Shown in pieces: positions 1-9,174 of a DNA stretch of 44,739 nt. Origin of the DNA: Candidatus Pacebacteria bacterium CG2_30_36_39 (lineage in GTDB: Bacteria > Patescibacteriota > Microgenomatia > UBA1400 > PJMF01). Where the stretch lies: positions 81,573-126,311 of the forward strand of contig MNZB01000001.1 in the NCBI GenBank assembly GCA_001873435.1, written 5' to 3'. The position numbers and the translations under genes are program-made. The notes beneath the pieces are model-generated. The model was not told the origin of the DNA and made no database searches. It saw only the letters and a program-made list of their open reading frames with translations. Every line of letters starts with the position of its first letter. The first letter of the stretch is position 1.

Positions 1-2079
1 TCTTTATGTCGTGGTGAAGAAGCTGGAAAACTTTACATAGCAGCTACGGCCAGACTAGATGAGGTTTTTGGTGAGGGAAAATATGAAGTAATTCAAAGTT
101 TTATGGGTTCTGATTTTAAAGATCTCAACTATGTTCCCCTATTTCCTTATTATCAAAATACTCCCCAAGCTTTCAGGGTAGTAACGGCTGAATTTGTAGC
201 AATTGAAGAAGGAACTGGAATTGTTCATATTGCACCAGGTTTTGGTGATGATGATTTCAGGGTTGGTCAAAAAGAAGGTGTGGAGCTAATTCAGCACGTT
301 GGTATGGATGGCAGATTCAAAGCTGAAGTTAGTGATTTCGCTGGATTGGAAGTCAAACCAAAAGAAGACGTCCAGAAGACTGATGTAGAGATTATTCGTT
401 ATTTAGCTCAAAAAGATTTGCTTTTTAGTAAGAAAAAACTTTTACACAGTTACCCTCATTGTTGGCGCTGTGATACTCCCCTACTCAACTATGCTACTGG
501 TAGTTGGTTTGTGAGTGTAACCAAAATAAAAGAGCGCTTACTTGAATTGGCTAAGGATATTAATTGGTCTCCCAATCATATTAAGGACGGTCGTTGGGGT
601 AAGTGGCTTGAGGGAGCTCGTGATTGGTCAATTAGTCGTCAAAGATATTGGGCTAGTGTTATTCCAATTTGGAAATGTGAATGTGGCGAGTTGCGAGTTT
701 TTGGCAGCGTAGCTGAACTTGAAGAAGCTAGCGGTGAAAAAATAACTGATTTACATAAACATGTAGTTGATAAGATTACTTTGCCATGTAGCTGTGGCAA
801 AACTATGCATCGTATTCCAGACGTTTTAGATACTTGGTTTGATAGTGGCTCTATGCCTTATGGTCAGGCTCATTATCCTTTTGAGAGTAAACAAGATTTT
901 GAAGATAACTTTCCTGCTGAGTTTATTGGTGAGGGTGTAGATCAAACTAGGGCTTGGTTTTATTATCTTCACGTCATTGCTGGTGGAGTTAAAAACTCTT
1001 TAGCTTTTAAGAATGTCATCGTCAATGGTATTGTTTTGGCTGAAGATGGTAAGAAAATGAGTAAGAGATTGCAGAACTATCCAGATCCTGTTTTGTTAAT
1101 TAATAATTATGGTTCTGATAGTTTGCGTTTGTATTTAACCAGTTCTCCAGTAATGAAAGCTGAGAATCTCAATTTTAGTGAAAAAGAAGTTGGTGATATT
1201 CGTCGTAAAGTATTTGTTATGTGGTGGAATGTTTTGAGTTTTTATCTAGGGTTGGAAACAACTACTTCTTTGGAAAAACCAAGTCAAAAACCAAGTTATA
1301 TTCTTGATGCTTGGGTTGTTAGTAGGATGCAAACTGTTCTTAAACAGGTTACTGAATATGTTGAGAAATATGATTTAGTTAAATCAAGCAGAGCCTTAAT
1401 GGATTTTGTTGATGAATTATCTCGTTGGTATTTGAGATTGAGTCGTGAACGTCTAAAGAACGATGAAACAGGTGAAGCCCAACAAGTTTTTGGTTATGTG
1501 CTTTACACCCTAGCTCAAGCTTTTGCACCTTTTGCTCCATTTTTTGCAGAGCTAGCTCACCACGCCATGGTTGATGAATTTACCTCCATTCATCACACAG
1601 ATTGGCCAAATTTTGATTCTGGTTTGCAAAATACTCAACTAGAAGAACAAATGGTTGTTGTACAAAAAGCAGTTGAGCTTGCTCATGCAGCTCGTAAATC
1701 TCAAGGAATTAGAGTTAGACAGCCTTTGTCTTCCATAACTGTTAAATTGGCAAAAGATGTACTTCATAGTCAAATGTTCGAAGATTTTTCGTCATTATTA
1801 GAGTTAGAACTCAATGTTAAAACTGTGATTTGGGAGAAAACAGAACTAGAGCAAATGGTGGTGGAGTTTGATTGGTTAGTTACTCCTGAGCTTAAGGCAG
1901 AGGGTGAAGCTCGCGAAGCTATGCGTACGATTCAAGACTTGAGGCGTCAAGCTGGTTTAAAGATGGGTGAAGAAGCAACTATTAAATTAGTTAGTTGGCC
2001 AGCATCTTGGCAAGCTGAGATAGAAAATAAAACCTCATCGAAACTAGTTAAGGGTGAAATAGCTGAGGTGGTAAGATAA
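1..2079 (+). CDS. ileS: Isoleucyl-tRNA synthetase, eukaryote-like type 2; 5' end cut by the window edge
   Basis: Frame 1 is open from nt 1 (SLCRGEEAGKLY... precedes the listed Met at 103). Carries the class I 'KMSKRL' loop plus 'GEGVDQTRAWFYY' and 'WFDSGSMPY' motifs. TAA stop at 2077-2079. Confidence 0.93.
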   Translation, partial: SLCRGEEAGKLYIAATARLDEVFGEGKYEVIQSFMGSDFKDLNYVPLFPYYQNTPQAFRVVTAEFVAIEEGTGIVHIAPGFGDDDFRVGQKEGVELIQHVGMDGRFKAEVSDFAGLEVKPKEDVQKTDVEIIRYLAQKDLLFSKKKLLHSYPHCWRCDTPLLNYATGSWFVSVTKIKERLLELAKDINWSPNHIKDGRWGKWLEGARDWSISRQRYWASVIPIWKCECGELRVFGSVAELEEASGEKITDLHKHVVDKITLPCSCGKTMHRIPDVLDTWFDSGSMPYGQAHYPFESKQDFEDNFPAEFIGEGVDQTRAWFYYLHVIAGGVKNSLAFKNVIVNGIVLAEDGKKMSKRLQNYPDPVLLINNYGSDSLRLYLTSSPVMKAENLNFSEKEVGDIRRKVFVMWWNVLSFYLGLETTTSLEKPSQKPSYILDAWVVSRMQTVLKQVTEYVEKYDLVKSSRALMDFVDELSRWYLRLSRERLKNDETGEAQQVFGYVLYTLAQAFAPFAPFFAELAHHAMVDEFTSIHHTDWPNFDSGLQNTQLEEQMVVVQKAVELAHAARKSQGIRVRQPLSSITVKLAKDVLHSQMFEDFSSLLELELNVKTVIWEKTELEQMVVEFDWLVTPELKAEGEAREAMRTIQDLRRQAGLKMGEEATIKLVSWPASWQAEIENKTSSKLVKGEIAEVVR

Positions 2080-2084
2080 AGAGG

Positions 2085-3155
2085 ATGAGATTATGGTTTA
2101 TTCCTCTAGTGACCACTGCTCTTGGTGCTTTTAGCATAGTTACACTAATGAGTGTTTCTCCTGATTTAATGCAGCGCCAATTAGCTTTTTGGCTGATTAG
2201 TTTTGGAATTTTTTTTGTTTTAGCTCGAACTCCTTTGCATTTTTGGTGGAGTTGGGGTCATTTGATTTGGAAATTCTTAATGATTGTCTTATTAGTTTTA
2301 TTGATTTTTGGCAGAGCTACTAGAGGTGCAACTGCTTGGGTAGATCTTGGTTGGGGGTTAAAATTTCAACCTTCACAGTTTGCTTTATTGAGTTTTTTAC
2401 TTGTAGTTTTACCTGCTTTTTCTAAGCATAAAATGTTAAAAGAAAGCCAGCTCTTAGAGCTATTATGGTATTTATTGGTTCCTGTAGTTTTAATTTTAGC
2501 CGAACCTGATTTCGGCACAGCCCTACTCTATGGTCTTGGAGCTAGTGTTGTCTTTTTTTGGCAAAAAATTCCCAAACAGTACTTAAATTTTCTTTGGCTT
2601 AGTGTTTTAAGTATTTTGATCATTGGTTGGTTTTTTATTTTGAAACCATATCAAAAGTTAAGAGTAACTAGTTTTTTTACTGGCTATCGTTATGAGCAAG
2701 ATGCTGCTAGTTACAATGCCAGACAGTCGCTAATAGCGGTAGGTTCTGGACAGGTTTGGGGGAAAGGTTTGGGCAAAGGGACTCAATCACAATTACGTTT
2801 CTTACCAGAGAGACAGACAGATTTTATTTTTGCTTCCTTGGCTGAGGAGTCTGGCCTTGTTGGTTCTGTAATTATAATTGGTCTTTATGCTTTATTATTT
2901 TTCTTTTTATTAAATCAAGCATTGGTTATTAATAATAATGAATCATTTCTGTTTATCTTGGCTATTTTGGCATATTTCTTTACTCAAACAATGATTAATA
3001 TTGGGATGAATATGGGCATGTTACCTATTACTGGCGTTACCTTACCTTTTGTTTCATATGGTGGAAGTTCTTTACTTTCTTCAATGGTTTTATTGGGTTT
3101 TGTGCAGAGAATTTTAATAGAGAATCCAGTGAAAAAACATCTTCGCATTACTTGA
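2085..3155 (+). CDS. SEDS-family peptidoglycan glycosyltransferase (FtsW/RodA)
   Basis: Polytopic membrane protein with SEDS signatures 'RQTDFIFASLAEESGLVGS' and 'LPFVSYGGSSLL'. Starts 6 nt after the ileS stop. Confidence 0.88.
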   Translation: MRLWFIPLVTTALGAFSIVTLMSVSPDLMQRQLAFWLISFGIFFVLARTPLHFWWSWGHLIWKFLMIVLLVLLIFGRATRGATAWVDLGWGLKFQPSQFALLSFLLVVLPAFSKHKMLKESQLLELLWYLLVPVVLILAEPDFGTALLYGLGASVVFFWQKIPKQYLNFLWLSVLSILIIGWFFILKPYQKLRVTSFFTGYRYEQDAASYNARQSLIAVGSGQVWGKGLGKGTQSQLRFLPERQTDFIFASLAEESGLVGSVIIIGLYALLFFFLLNQALVINNNESFLFILAILAYFFTQTMINIGMNMGMLPITGVTLPFVSYGGSSLLSSMVLLGFVQRILIENPVKKHLRIT

Positions 3156-3165
3156 GAAAATAGTA

Positions 3166-3174
3166 TGTTATAAT
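3166..3174 (+). promoter_or_regulatory. Extended -10 promoter element (TGTTATAAT) 7 nt upstream of the rplU ATG
   Basis: Exact match to TGnTATAAT. Only ACCCCCT separates it from the ATG at 3182, and there is no SD. Confidence 0.5.
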
Positions 3175-3181
3175 ACCCCCT

Positions 3182-3499
3182 ATGTCTAAATACGCCGTGA
3201 TCCAATTATTAGGTAAACAATTTCAAGTTGAAGAAGGTCAAACTCTCATAGTTGATTCTCTTGATCAAGAAATTGACAAAAAATTTGATGTTACTGATGT
3301 CTTGTTAGTTGCTGATGGAGATAAAATCTCAGTTGGTCAACCAACAGTCGAAAAAGCAAAGGTTACTATGAGCGTCGTAGCTCAGGGGAAAGGTGAAAAG
3401 ATTCGTGTGCTCAAGTACAAGAGCAAATCTCGCTATCGCAAGGTTCACGGTCATCGCCAACATCAGACCACCCTCAAAGTAGAAAAAATCACTGCTTAA
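3182..3499 (+). CDS. rplU: 50S ribosomal protein L21
   Basis: 'MSKYAVIQLLGKQFQVEEG' at the N-terminus and 'KYKSKSRYRKVHGHRQHQT' at the C-terminus are typical of L21, at a typical length of 105 aa. Confidence 0.93.
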   Translation: MSKYAVIQLLGKQFQVEEGQTLIVDSLDQEIDKKFDVTDVLLVADGDKISVGQPTVEKAKVTMSVVAQGKGEKIRVLKYKSKSRYRKVHGHRQHQTTLKVEKITA

Positions 3500-4641
3500 T
3501 GCAGTATTATCTTCAAGCGGGCAATACCCCTTCTCTCTCATTCGCCGAAGCCAAGGCAGTAATTGGTGATGTTGTAGTACAACTCACTGAACATGAACTT
3601 GGTTTTACTGCTGAATCTGACGATCAAGCTCTTGAGTTTTTCAAACAACTTGGAGCATCTGTTCGTTTAGTAAAAGAATTTGGGGCTACTGAAGTTAAAT
3701 CTACTGAAGAACTAGAAGAAAAAATCGCTGCCTATTTTATAGCTAAAAAAGAACCAAAACTCAAAATTGCTTGTGCTCAATGGGGCGATCAACAAACCTC
3801 TAGAGTAGACTTTTACCAGATCAAAAAAACTCTCCAAGAAAACGACATTAAAGTTCGTTTTATTGAGGGTTCTCGTCATGGTTTGTCAGCAGCAGTTTTA
3901 TTACATCAAAAAATTAGTGAAATTGTCATAATTCAGACAGATAAAGCTGTTATTTTGGGTGAAACCATTGCTGTTCAAGATATTGATCATTGGACACTCA
4001 AAGATCGTGGCAAGCCTTATGCTGATCGTAAAAAAGGCATGTTGCCTCCCAAAATTGCTAGAGCCATGATTAATATGGCTGCTGGTAAACTACAGAGTGA
4101 CTCAAATTCCATACTTTATGATCCTTTCTGTGGAACTGGAACAGTTCTAATTGAAGGTCTCGAACAAGGTCTAACCGTCATTGGTTCTGATTTAGATCAA
4201 GAATCTATGGTTGGCGCTCAGATGAATCTATCTTGGTTTGCTGAAAAACAAAATTTACCTACTAATTTTAAGATTTTTCAAAGTGATGTTAGTCATGTAA
4301 CCAAAGATCGTATTGGTCAAGCAGTTGACTATATTGTGACAGAACCGTTTTTAGGTCGACCAAAACCAAATCCAACTCATTTGGAAGGTATGTTTCGTGG
4401 TTTAGAAAAACTATATTTGGGTGCTTTTAAACAATGGCGTTCAATTTTACATGATGGCAGTAAAATTTGTATAGTTTTCCCTAGAGTAGAAATTGGCAGT
4501 CGCGCTTTTGATCTTAGCGGATTAATTGACAAATTATCTGCCCAAGGCTATACTCTTGAGGTTAATTTTGGTGAAGTTCGCTATCACCGCAAAGATGCAG
4601 TAGTGCAACGAGACATCTTAGTATTTAAGTATCACGCTTAA
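3499..4641 (+). CDS. SAM-dependent N-methyltransferase (UPF0020/Trm11/RlmL-like catalytic domain with an unassigned N-terminal domain)
   Basis: 'DPFCGTGTVLIEG' is SAM-binding motif I. 'YIVTEPFLGRP' sits where the (D/N)PP(F/Y) motif IV would be. The ATG overlaps the rplU stop (TAATG, 3497-3501). Confidence 0.6.
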   Translation: MQYYLQAGNTPSLSFAEAKAVIGDVVVQLTEHELGFTAESDDQALEFFKQLGASVRLVKEFGATEVKSTEELEEKIAAYFIAKKEPKLKIACAQWGDQQTSRVDFYQIKKTLQENDIKVRFIEGSRHGLSAAVLLHQKISEIVIIQTDKAVILGETIAVQDIDHWTLKDRGKPYADRKKGMLPPKIARAMINMAAGKLQSDSNSILYDPFCGTGTVLIEGLEQGLTVIGSDLDQESMVGAQMNLSWFAEKQNLPTNFKIFQSDVSHVTKDRIGQAVDYIVTEPFLGRPKPNPTHLEGMFRGLEKLYLGAFKQWRSILHDGSKICIVFPRVEIGSRAFDLSGLIDKLSAQGYTLEVNFGEVRYHRKDAVVQRDILVFKYHA

Positions 4642-4668
4642 TTTAAAGTAATATAAGGAGAAATATTT

Positions 4669-4926
4669 ATGGCACACGTTAAAGGGTCTGGAAGTGTTAC
4701 ACAACACGCTCAGGGCAAACGCCATGGCAAACGCTTTGGTGTTAAAAAATCAGGTGGTTCAGTAGCCAAAGTTGGTCAAGTAATCATTCGTCAAAAAGGT
4801 GCTAAGTACAAGGCCGGTCAAGGTGCCAAAATGGGCAAAGATTACACTATCTTTTCTATGATCGACGGTGTAGTTACCTTTGGTAAAAGATTTGGTAAAA
4901 CTTTAGTTAAAGTTGTCCAAGGCTAA
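4669..4926 (+). CDS. rpmA: 50S ribosomal protein L27
   Basis: 'MAHVKGSGS...GKRFGVKKSGG...IIRQKGAKYKAGQG...GKDYTIFS..DGVVTF' follows the L27 pattern. SD AAGGAG (4655-4660) lies 8 nt upstream of the ATG. Confidence 0.9.
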   Translation: MAHVKGSGSVTQHAQGKRHGKRFGVKKSGGSVAKVGQVIIRQKGAKYKAGQGAKMGKDYTIFSMIDGVVTFGKRFGKTLVKVVQG

Positions 4927-4947
4927 TTAATTTTTTTGTAATTTAAG

Positions 4948-4981
4948 AGCAGGTTGGTTTTATACTAACCTGCTTTTTTTA
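4948..4981 (+). terminator. Rho-independent terminator after rpmA
   Basis: AGCAGGTT (4948-4955) pairs with AACCTGCT (4967-4974) and is followed by a T-run from 4975. The stop codon of the convergent MFS gene lies inside the hairpin. Confidence 0.75.
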
Positions 4982-6174
4982 TTGCCAATTTTATAAATTA
5001 ACGTACTGATAATCACACTACTTAAGATAAAAATACCTATCCACCAAGAAAAAATTCCTATTTCACTATTATTAGCCATAGTTCCAGCGATGATGGAAAG
5101 AAAAACATAAGGAACTTTACTAAGAAGGGCAACTGCTGAAAGGCTGGTAGCTCGATGCTTTGATTCAATTTCTTGGTTGATTACAACAGAAATCCAGGGA
5201 TAAACCAGATAGCCACTAATATCAATTAGCAGTAAGCTAATTATTCCTAACCAATTATTAAAGAAATAAGCGATCACAAACCCTGTTCCCAACATAAAAG
5301 TTAATAAATAAAGACCCTTGCGATCAGTAATTCTTTTTCTAAGCCAAGGAACCAAGAGAACTACACTAGCACCAACTAATGCTAAAAAGGCAAAAAGACT
5401 AGATTGCTGAAAAACATTAAAGCCAAAAGCAGTAGCTAAAGCTGGTTTAAGAAAACCAAAGTCATAGAGAAAATAGCCACCCATTAAAGAAAAAATTACT
5501 ACACTAAATGAAATAAGTTCTGGTTTAAGTAAGGCTAAAGTGCCAGTTTTTAATTGTTTCCAGTAATTTGACCAAGAAAAAACTTCACTGTCTATTTTTG
5601 GCTCACGTAGTTTTAGTGCTAATAAAAAGGCGATTCCCCAGGTAATTCCCCAAGCAAAGGTAGGCAAACGAAAATAAAATTCGTACAAAAAGCCACCAAT
5701 GAAAATTGCTCCAATAGTAATAAAACTTGCCAATGAGCTACTGACACTCATGACTTTTTCATACTCCTTCTCTCTCCCCTTTTCTAATAAGCTGTCGTAA
5801 ACCAAGGCTTCCAGAGAACCAGAATTTAAAGCCCAGCCTAAAACTAAAAACAGTTGAGCGATAAATAACATATAAATATTTTGAGCTGAGGCCATCAAGA
5901 TAATACTAAAAAAGGCGGTGCCAGTTCCTAATACTATGGTTTTTTTCTTCCCCACTAAATCTGAGATTGCTCCAGAAGGAATTTCCATTAACAAACCAGC
6001 ACCAAAGGTAATCGCATCTATAATTCCCAGCTGTTGATAGTTCATGAATTTAAGCCAGAAAAACAACCAATTAGCTGCTAAAAACCAAAAACTAGTGAAA
6101 GCAGTTAAAAAATAAAAAATTCTAATGTTTTTAAGATCAAAGGCTGGGAGTAAGTTAGCAATTTTTTGTTTCAT
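4960..6174 (-). CDS. MFS transporter
   Basis: About 12 TM helices. 'GAISDLVGKKKT' matches MFS motif A between TM2 and TM3. I moved the start to the Met of 'MKQKIANLL' (6174) because the longer ORF runs into parB and its extension has no membrane-protein character. Confidence 0.75.
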   Translation of the reverse strand: MKQKIANLLPAFDLKNIRIFYFLTAFTSFWFLAANWLFFWLKFMNYQQLGIIDAITFGAGLLMEIPSGAISDLVGKKKTIVLGTGTAFFSIILMASAQNIYMLFIAQLFLVLGWALNSGSLEALVYDSLLEKGREKEYEKVMSVSSSLASFITIGAIFIGGFLYEFYFRLPTFAWGITWGIAFLLALKLREPKIDSEVFSWSNYWKQLKTGTLALLKPELISFSVVIFSLMGGYFLYDFGFLKPALATAFGFNVFQQSSLFAFLALVGASVVLLVPWLRKRITDRKGLYLLTFMLGTGFVIAYFFNNWLGIISLLLIDISGYLVYPWISVVINQEIESKHRATSLSAVALLSKVPYVFLSIIAGTMANNSEIGIFSWWIGIFILSSVIISTLIYKIGNKKSRLV

Positions 6175-6290
6175 TGATTTCAGAATAGACTCTATTGTAG
6201 CCGAGCTATTGTATTTTTGCTTTATCTTAAAATAGCGTGAAAACATGATGTGAAAAAGACAACAATCTATGTTACAGTGGATCAAGAAAT

Positions 6291-7112
6291 ATGCCAAAAC
6301 TAACAACTTTACCCATCGATCAATTACAAACCAATCCTTTTCAGCCCAGAGAAAAAGTTCAAAAAGCTGAGCTAGAAGAATTAATTTCTTCTATTAAAAC
6401 TTATGGTGTTTTAGAACCAATTGTGGTGGCTGAAACTCCAGCTGGTTATCAAATCATTGCCGGTGAAAGACGTTGGCAAGCATCGAAGGAAGCCGGACTG
6501 AAAGAAGTGCCCGTTTATGTTAAGAAAACTACCCCACAGGGTATGTTGGAGATGGCTCTTGTCGAAAATGTGCAGAGAGTTAATCTTAATCCAATTGAAA
6601 GAGCGCAAGCTTTTATTCGTTTAACTCGTGAATTTGATTTAACTTTGGCTAGTCTTGCAGAAAGAATTGGTAAATCACCAGCCTATATTAGCAACACAGT
6701 TAAACTTTTATCTTTGCCGGATGCAGTAACTGACGGCTTGATTAGGGGTAGAATTTCTGAAGGTCACGCTAGAGCCTTGGCTAGCATCGAGAATGAAGAT
6801 GCTATGGTCGAATGTTTCAAAATTATTTTAAGAGAAAAAGCTTCAGTACGAAGAACTGAAGATCTAGCTCGTCGTTTCAAAGAGGGATTGCAACAAAAAG
6901 CTCAACCACCAGCTGTGAGGGTTCAACAAGTTAAAGACCAAGATCAAAAAATTAAAACTTGGGAAAAAGAATTAAATACAGCCTTTCACTCTCCAGCTAT
7001 GTTAAAACTTTCTCGTTCTAAAAATCAAACAAGAGTAACAATTACTCTCAAAGGTTCTCCTGAAAAAACTCAAGATGATTTGGAAAAAATCATGGAGTTG
7101 GCGAAGCTGTAG
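6291..7112 (+). CDS. parB: ParB/Spo0J-family chromosome partitioning protein (no adjacent parA)
   Basis: 'LEPIVV....GYQIIAGERRWQASKEAGL' ParB box followed by an HTH region ('LASLAERIGKSPAYISNTVKLLSLP'). Confidence 0.88.
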   Translation: MPKLTTLPIDQLQTNPFQPREKVQKAELEELISSIKTYGVLEPIVVAETPAGYQIIAGERRWQASKEAGLKEVPVYVKKTTPQGMLEMALVENVQRVNLNPIERAQAFIRLTREFDLTLASLAERIGKSPAYISNTVKLLSLPDAVTDGLIRGRISEGHARALASIENEDAMVECFKIILREKASVRRTEDLARRFKEGLQQKAQPPAVRVQQVKDQDQKIKTWEKELNTAFHSPAMLKLSRSKNQTRVTITLKGSPEKTQDDLEKIMELAKL

Positions 7113-8859
7113 AATCTGGTGGAATATTCAATAGTAAGAATAGTTTGCTAGCAACCCGATACCAAAGGGGTGCTGCAGTTTCTGCTGCCCAAGGACTAGT
7201 TTGGGGTTCATTGATTTTAACCAACATTACAAAACGAGGATTTTCTGCTGGAGCAAATCCAATAAAACTAGCAATTGTGGCATCTTGTTTATATCCTCCT
7301 TTGATAGGAATTTGCGAAGTTCCAGTTTTACCAGCTACTGTATGAGTGTTTTTAAAGATCCATTGGGCTTCTCCATGTTTGGCAGAATTAATCATCATTT
7401 CTGTTACAGTTCTGGCTGTTTCAGGACTAATAACTCTTCTTTCTTCAATGGGTTCAATTTTTATAGTTTTTTTAGATTGATAGTCAGTTACTTGTTCTAA
7501 TATTTTTGGTCTCATCATGACACCATCATTAGCAATAGTACTAACTGCTCTAACCATTTGCATACTAGTTGTACTAATACCCTGACCAAATGATGATGTA
7601 GCTAGTTCTACTGGTCCCCATTTATCTGGAAACGGAGTTGAGCTGTCATCTTGTAAATCTAGGCCAATCTCATCGCCAATGCCAAATTTTTTTAGATATT
7701 CAACAAATTTATCTTTACCAAGCAGATCAGTGATGTAGATCATGGCTGTGTTATCTGACTTGGCTAAAGCATCTGTCATAGTAATATTTGGGTTATATTC
7801 ATTATTCCAGGTTTTAATGGTGTACTTACCTATTTCACGAGGACCATCACATTTTAAACATTCTGTCTCTGGTTTTATTACTCCAGCATCTATGCCAGCA
7901 GAAACAGTAATAGTTTTAAAAGTTGATCCTGGTTCATATAAATTAGCTAAACTAGGATTTTTATAATTTTCAGCTGGAAAAGTGTAGTATTTTGTTTGAT
8001 CATATTGCGGAAAAGCAGCCAGTCCTAAAATATTGCCAGTATTTGGTTCCATAACAATGATTTCACCAGAATTTCCACCATAACGCTCTAGACCATTTTT
8101 AAGTTCTGTTTCTAATAGAAACTGAATATCTCGACGAATGGTTAGGGTAAAATCACGACCATTGAGACTTTGGTTATCAATAGTATTTTCACCACCAAGT
8201 AAATTTCCGAGAGCATCGGTAAGAAAACGTTTCTTTTGTTGTTTACCTTGCAATTCCTGATTGAGAGCCCCTTCAATGCCAAAATATCCAAGATCAAAAC
8301 CATCTTCGTCTTTGCCAACAAAACCAGTTAAATGAGCGGCCATAGATGCTTCTGGATAGAAACGTACGTCGTAGCTTTCAAAATAGAGAGCTGGATCAGC
8401 CAGTTGTTCTATTTTATTTTTTAGATCTTGATCTATTCTGGATGAAAGTCTAATCCAAGTGCTATTAAGATTTAAACGTTCTTGGATATATGCCTGTTTT
8501 TCTTGGGTTAAAGTTTTTAATTCTACAATACTTCCACTAGAGCTTGATTCTAGTAATTCTTTTTCAGCTAGCAAAGAACTTACTTTTTTTGCCAAAAGCT
8601 CTGAAGAATCTTTGAGCAGTGTTTTATCTACCATTAGATAATACATTTCCTTATTACCAACCAACAAATGTTGATCTGAGGTGAAGATTTGTCCTCTTTT
8701 ACCAGTCAGGATTTTTTCTTTGGTGGCTTGGTTTTCAGCCACTCTTTTTAGGGAATAGCCCTGAATAATTTGCCAATAAAATAATCTAAGAATAATACCA
8801 ATGAAGATAATAATGAAAAATAAAAAAAGTAATTTTGGTCTCAATGAAGAGGAAGTCAT
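7090..8859 (-). CDS. ftsI: Class B penicillin-binding protein (FtsI/PBP2-type transpeptidase)
   Basis: N-terminal TM anchor. Transpeptidase motifs 'STFKT', 'KSDN' (SxN) and 'KTGTS'. Sits in the dcw position after ftsL. Confidence 0.88.
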   Translation of the reverse strand: MTSSSLRPKLLFLFFIIIFIGIILRLFYWQIIQGYSLKRVAENQATKEKILTGKRGQIFTSDQHLLVGNKEMYYLMVDKTLLKDSSELLAKKVSSLLAEKELLESSSSGSIVELKTLTQEKQAYIQERLNLNSTWIRLSSRIDQDLKNKIEQLADPALYFESYDVRFYPEASMAAHLTGFVGKDEDGFDLGYFGIEGALNQELQGKQQKKRFLTDALGNLLGGENTIDNQSLNGRDFTLTIRRDIQFLLETELKNGLERYGGNSGEIIVMEPNTGNILGLAAFPQYDQTKYYTFPAENYKNPSLANLYEPGSTFKTITVSAGIDAGVIKPETECLKCDGPREIGKYTIKTWNNEYNPNITMTDALAKSDNTAMIYITDLLGKDKFVEYLKKFGIGDEIGLDLQDDSSTPFPDKWGPVELATSSFGQGISTTSMQMVRAVSTIANDGVMMRPKILEQVTDYQSKKTIKIEPIEERRVISPETARTVTEMMINSAKHGEAQWIFKNTHTVAGKTGTSQIPIKGGYKQDATIASFIGFAPAENPRFVMLVKINEPQTSPWAAETAAPLWYRVASKLFLLLNIPPDSTASPTP

Positions 8860-8892
8860 AAAAACAGCCCGCCCTCTTACTAGCTAATTAAC

Positions 8893-9174
8893 TTAACGAG
8901 AAGCAAGACTGCCTGATTCTATCAAAGTAATTGGTTTAACAATAGGTTGATAGAGATCGCTTTCATTCATAGCAGAAATAGTTAATGAGGCTAGGTTGTG
9001 TTTTTTTTCTTTTAATAAAGCTAATTCTTTTTCTTTTAATTGATATTCTTGTTGTAGCTGAGTAAGTTTTTCTCCATGACCAATGGTGCCACCAAGTTGA
9101 TAAACAGTTGAAATAGCTTGAGCTGCTAGGATAAGTAGTAATAATCCATAATATATTTTCAAGCTAACTTTCAT
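8893..9174 (-). CDS. ftsL: FtsL-like cell division protein
   Basis: 93 aa with a single N-terminal TM and a heptad-like coiled coil ('LTQLQQEYQLKEKELALLKEKK'). Lies between rsmH and ftsI. Its ATG overlaps the rsmH stop by 1 nt. Confidence 0.6.
   Translation of the reverse strand: MKVSLKIYYGLLLLILAAQAISTVYQLGGTIGHGEKLTQLQQEYQLKEKELALLKEKKHNLASLTISAMNESDLYQPIVKPITLIESGSLASR

Noticed and set aside
2984-3541. Minus-strand ORFs 2984-3205 and 3329-3541 across the SEDS and rplU genes.
   Set aside because: They are antisense to confidently identified genes and have no independent support. The same reasoning applies to the other short antisense ORFs in the track (for example 7145-7500, 15279-15554, 17411-17701, 21111-21401 and 28525-28858).
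6268-6283. parS-like sequence TGTTACAGTGGATCA just upstream of parB.
   Set aside because: It is not palindromic and matches the TGTTNCACGTGAAACA consensus at too few positions.
6175-6306. The 44-codon N-terminal extension of the MFS ORF (listed start 6306).
   Set aside because: It would overlap the divergent parB start and adds Cys/His-rich non-membrane residues. The internal Met at 6174 gives a normal MFS N-terminus.
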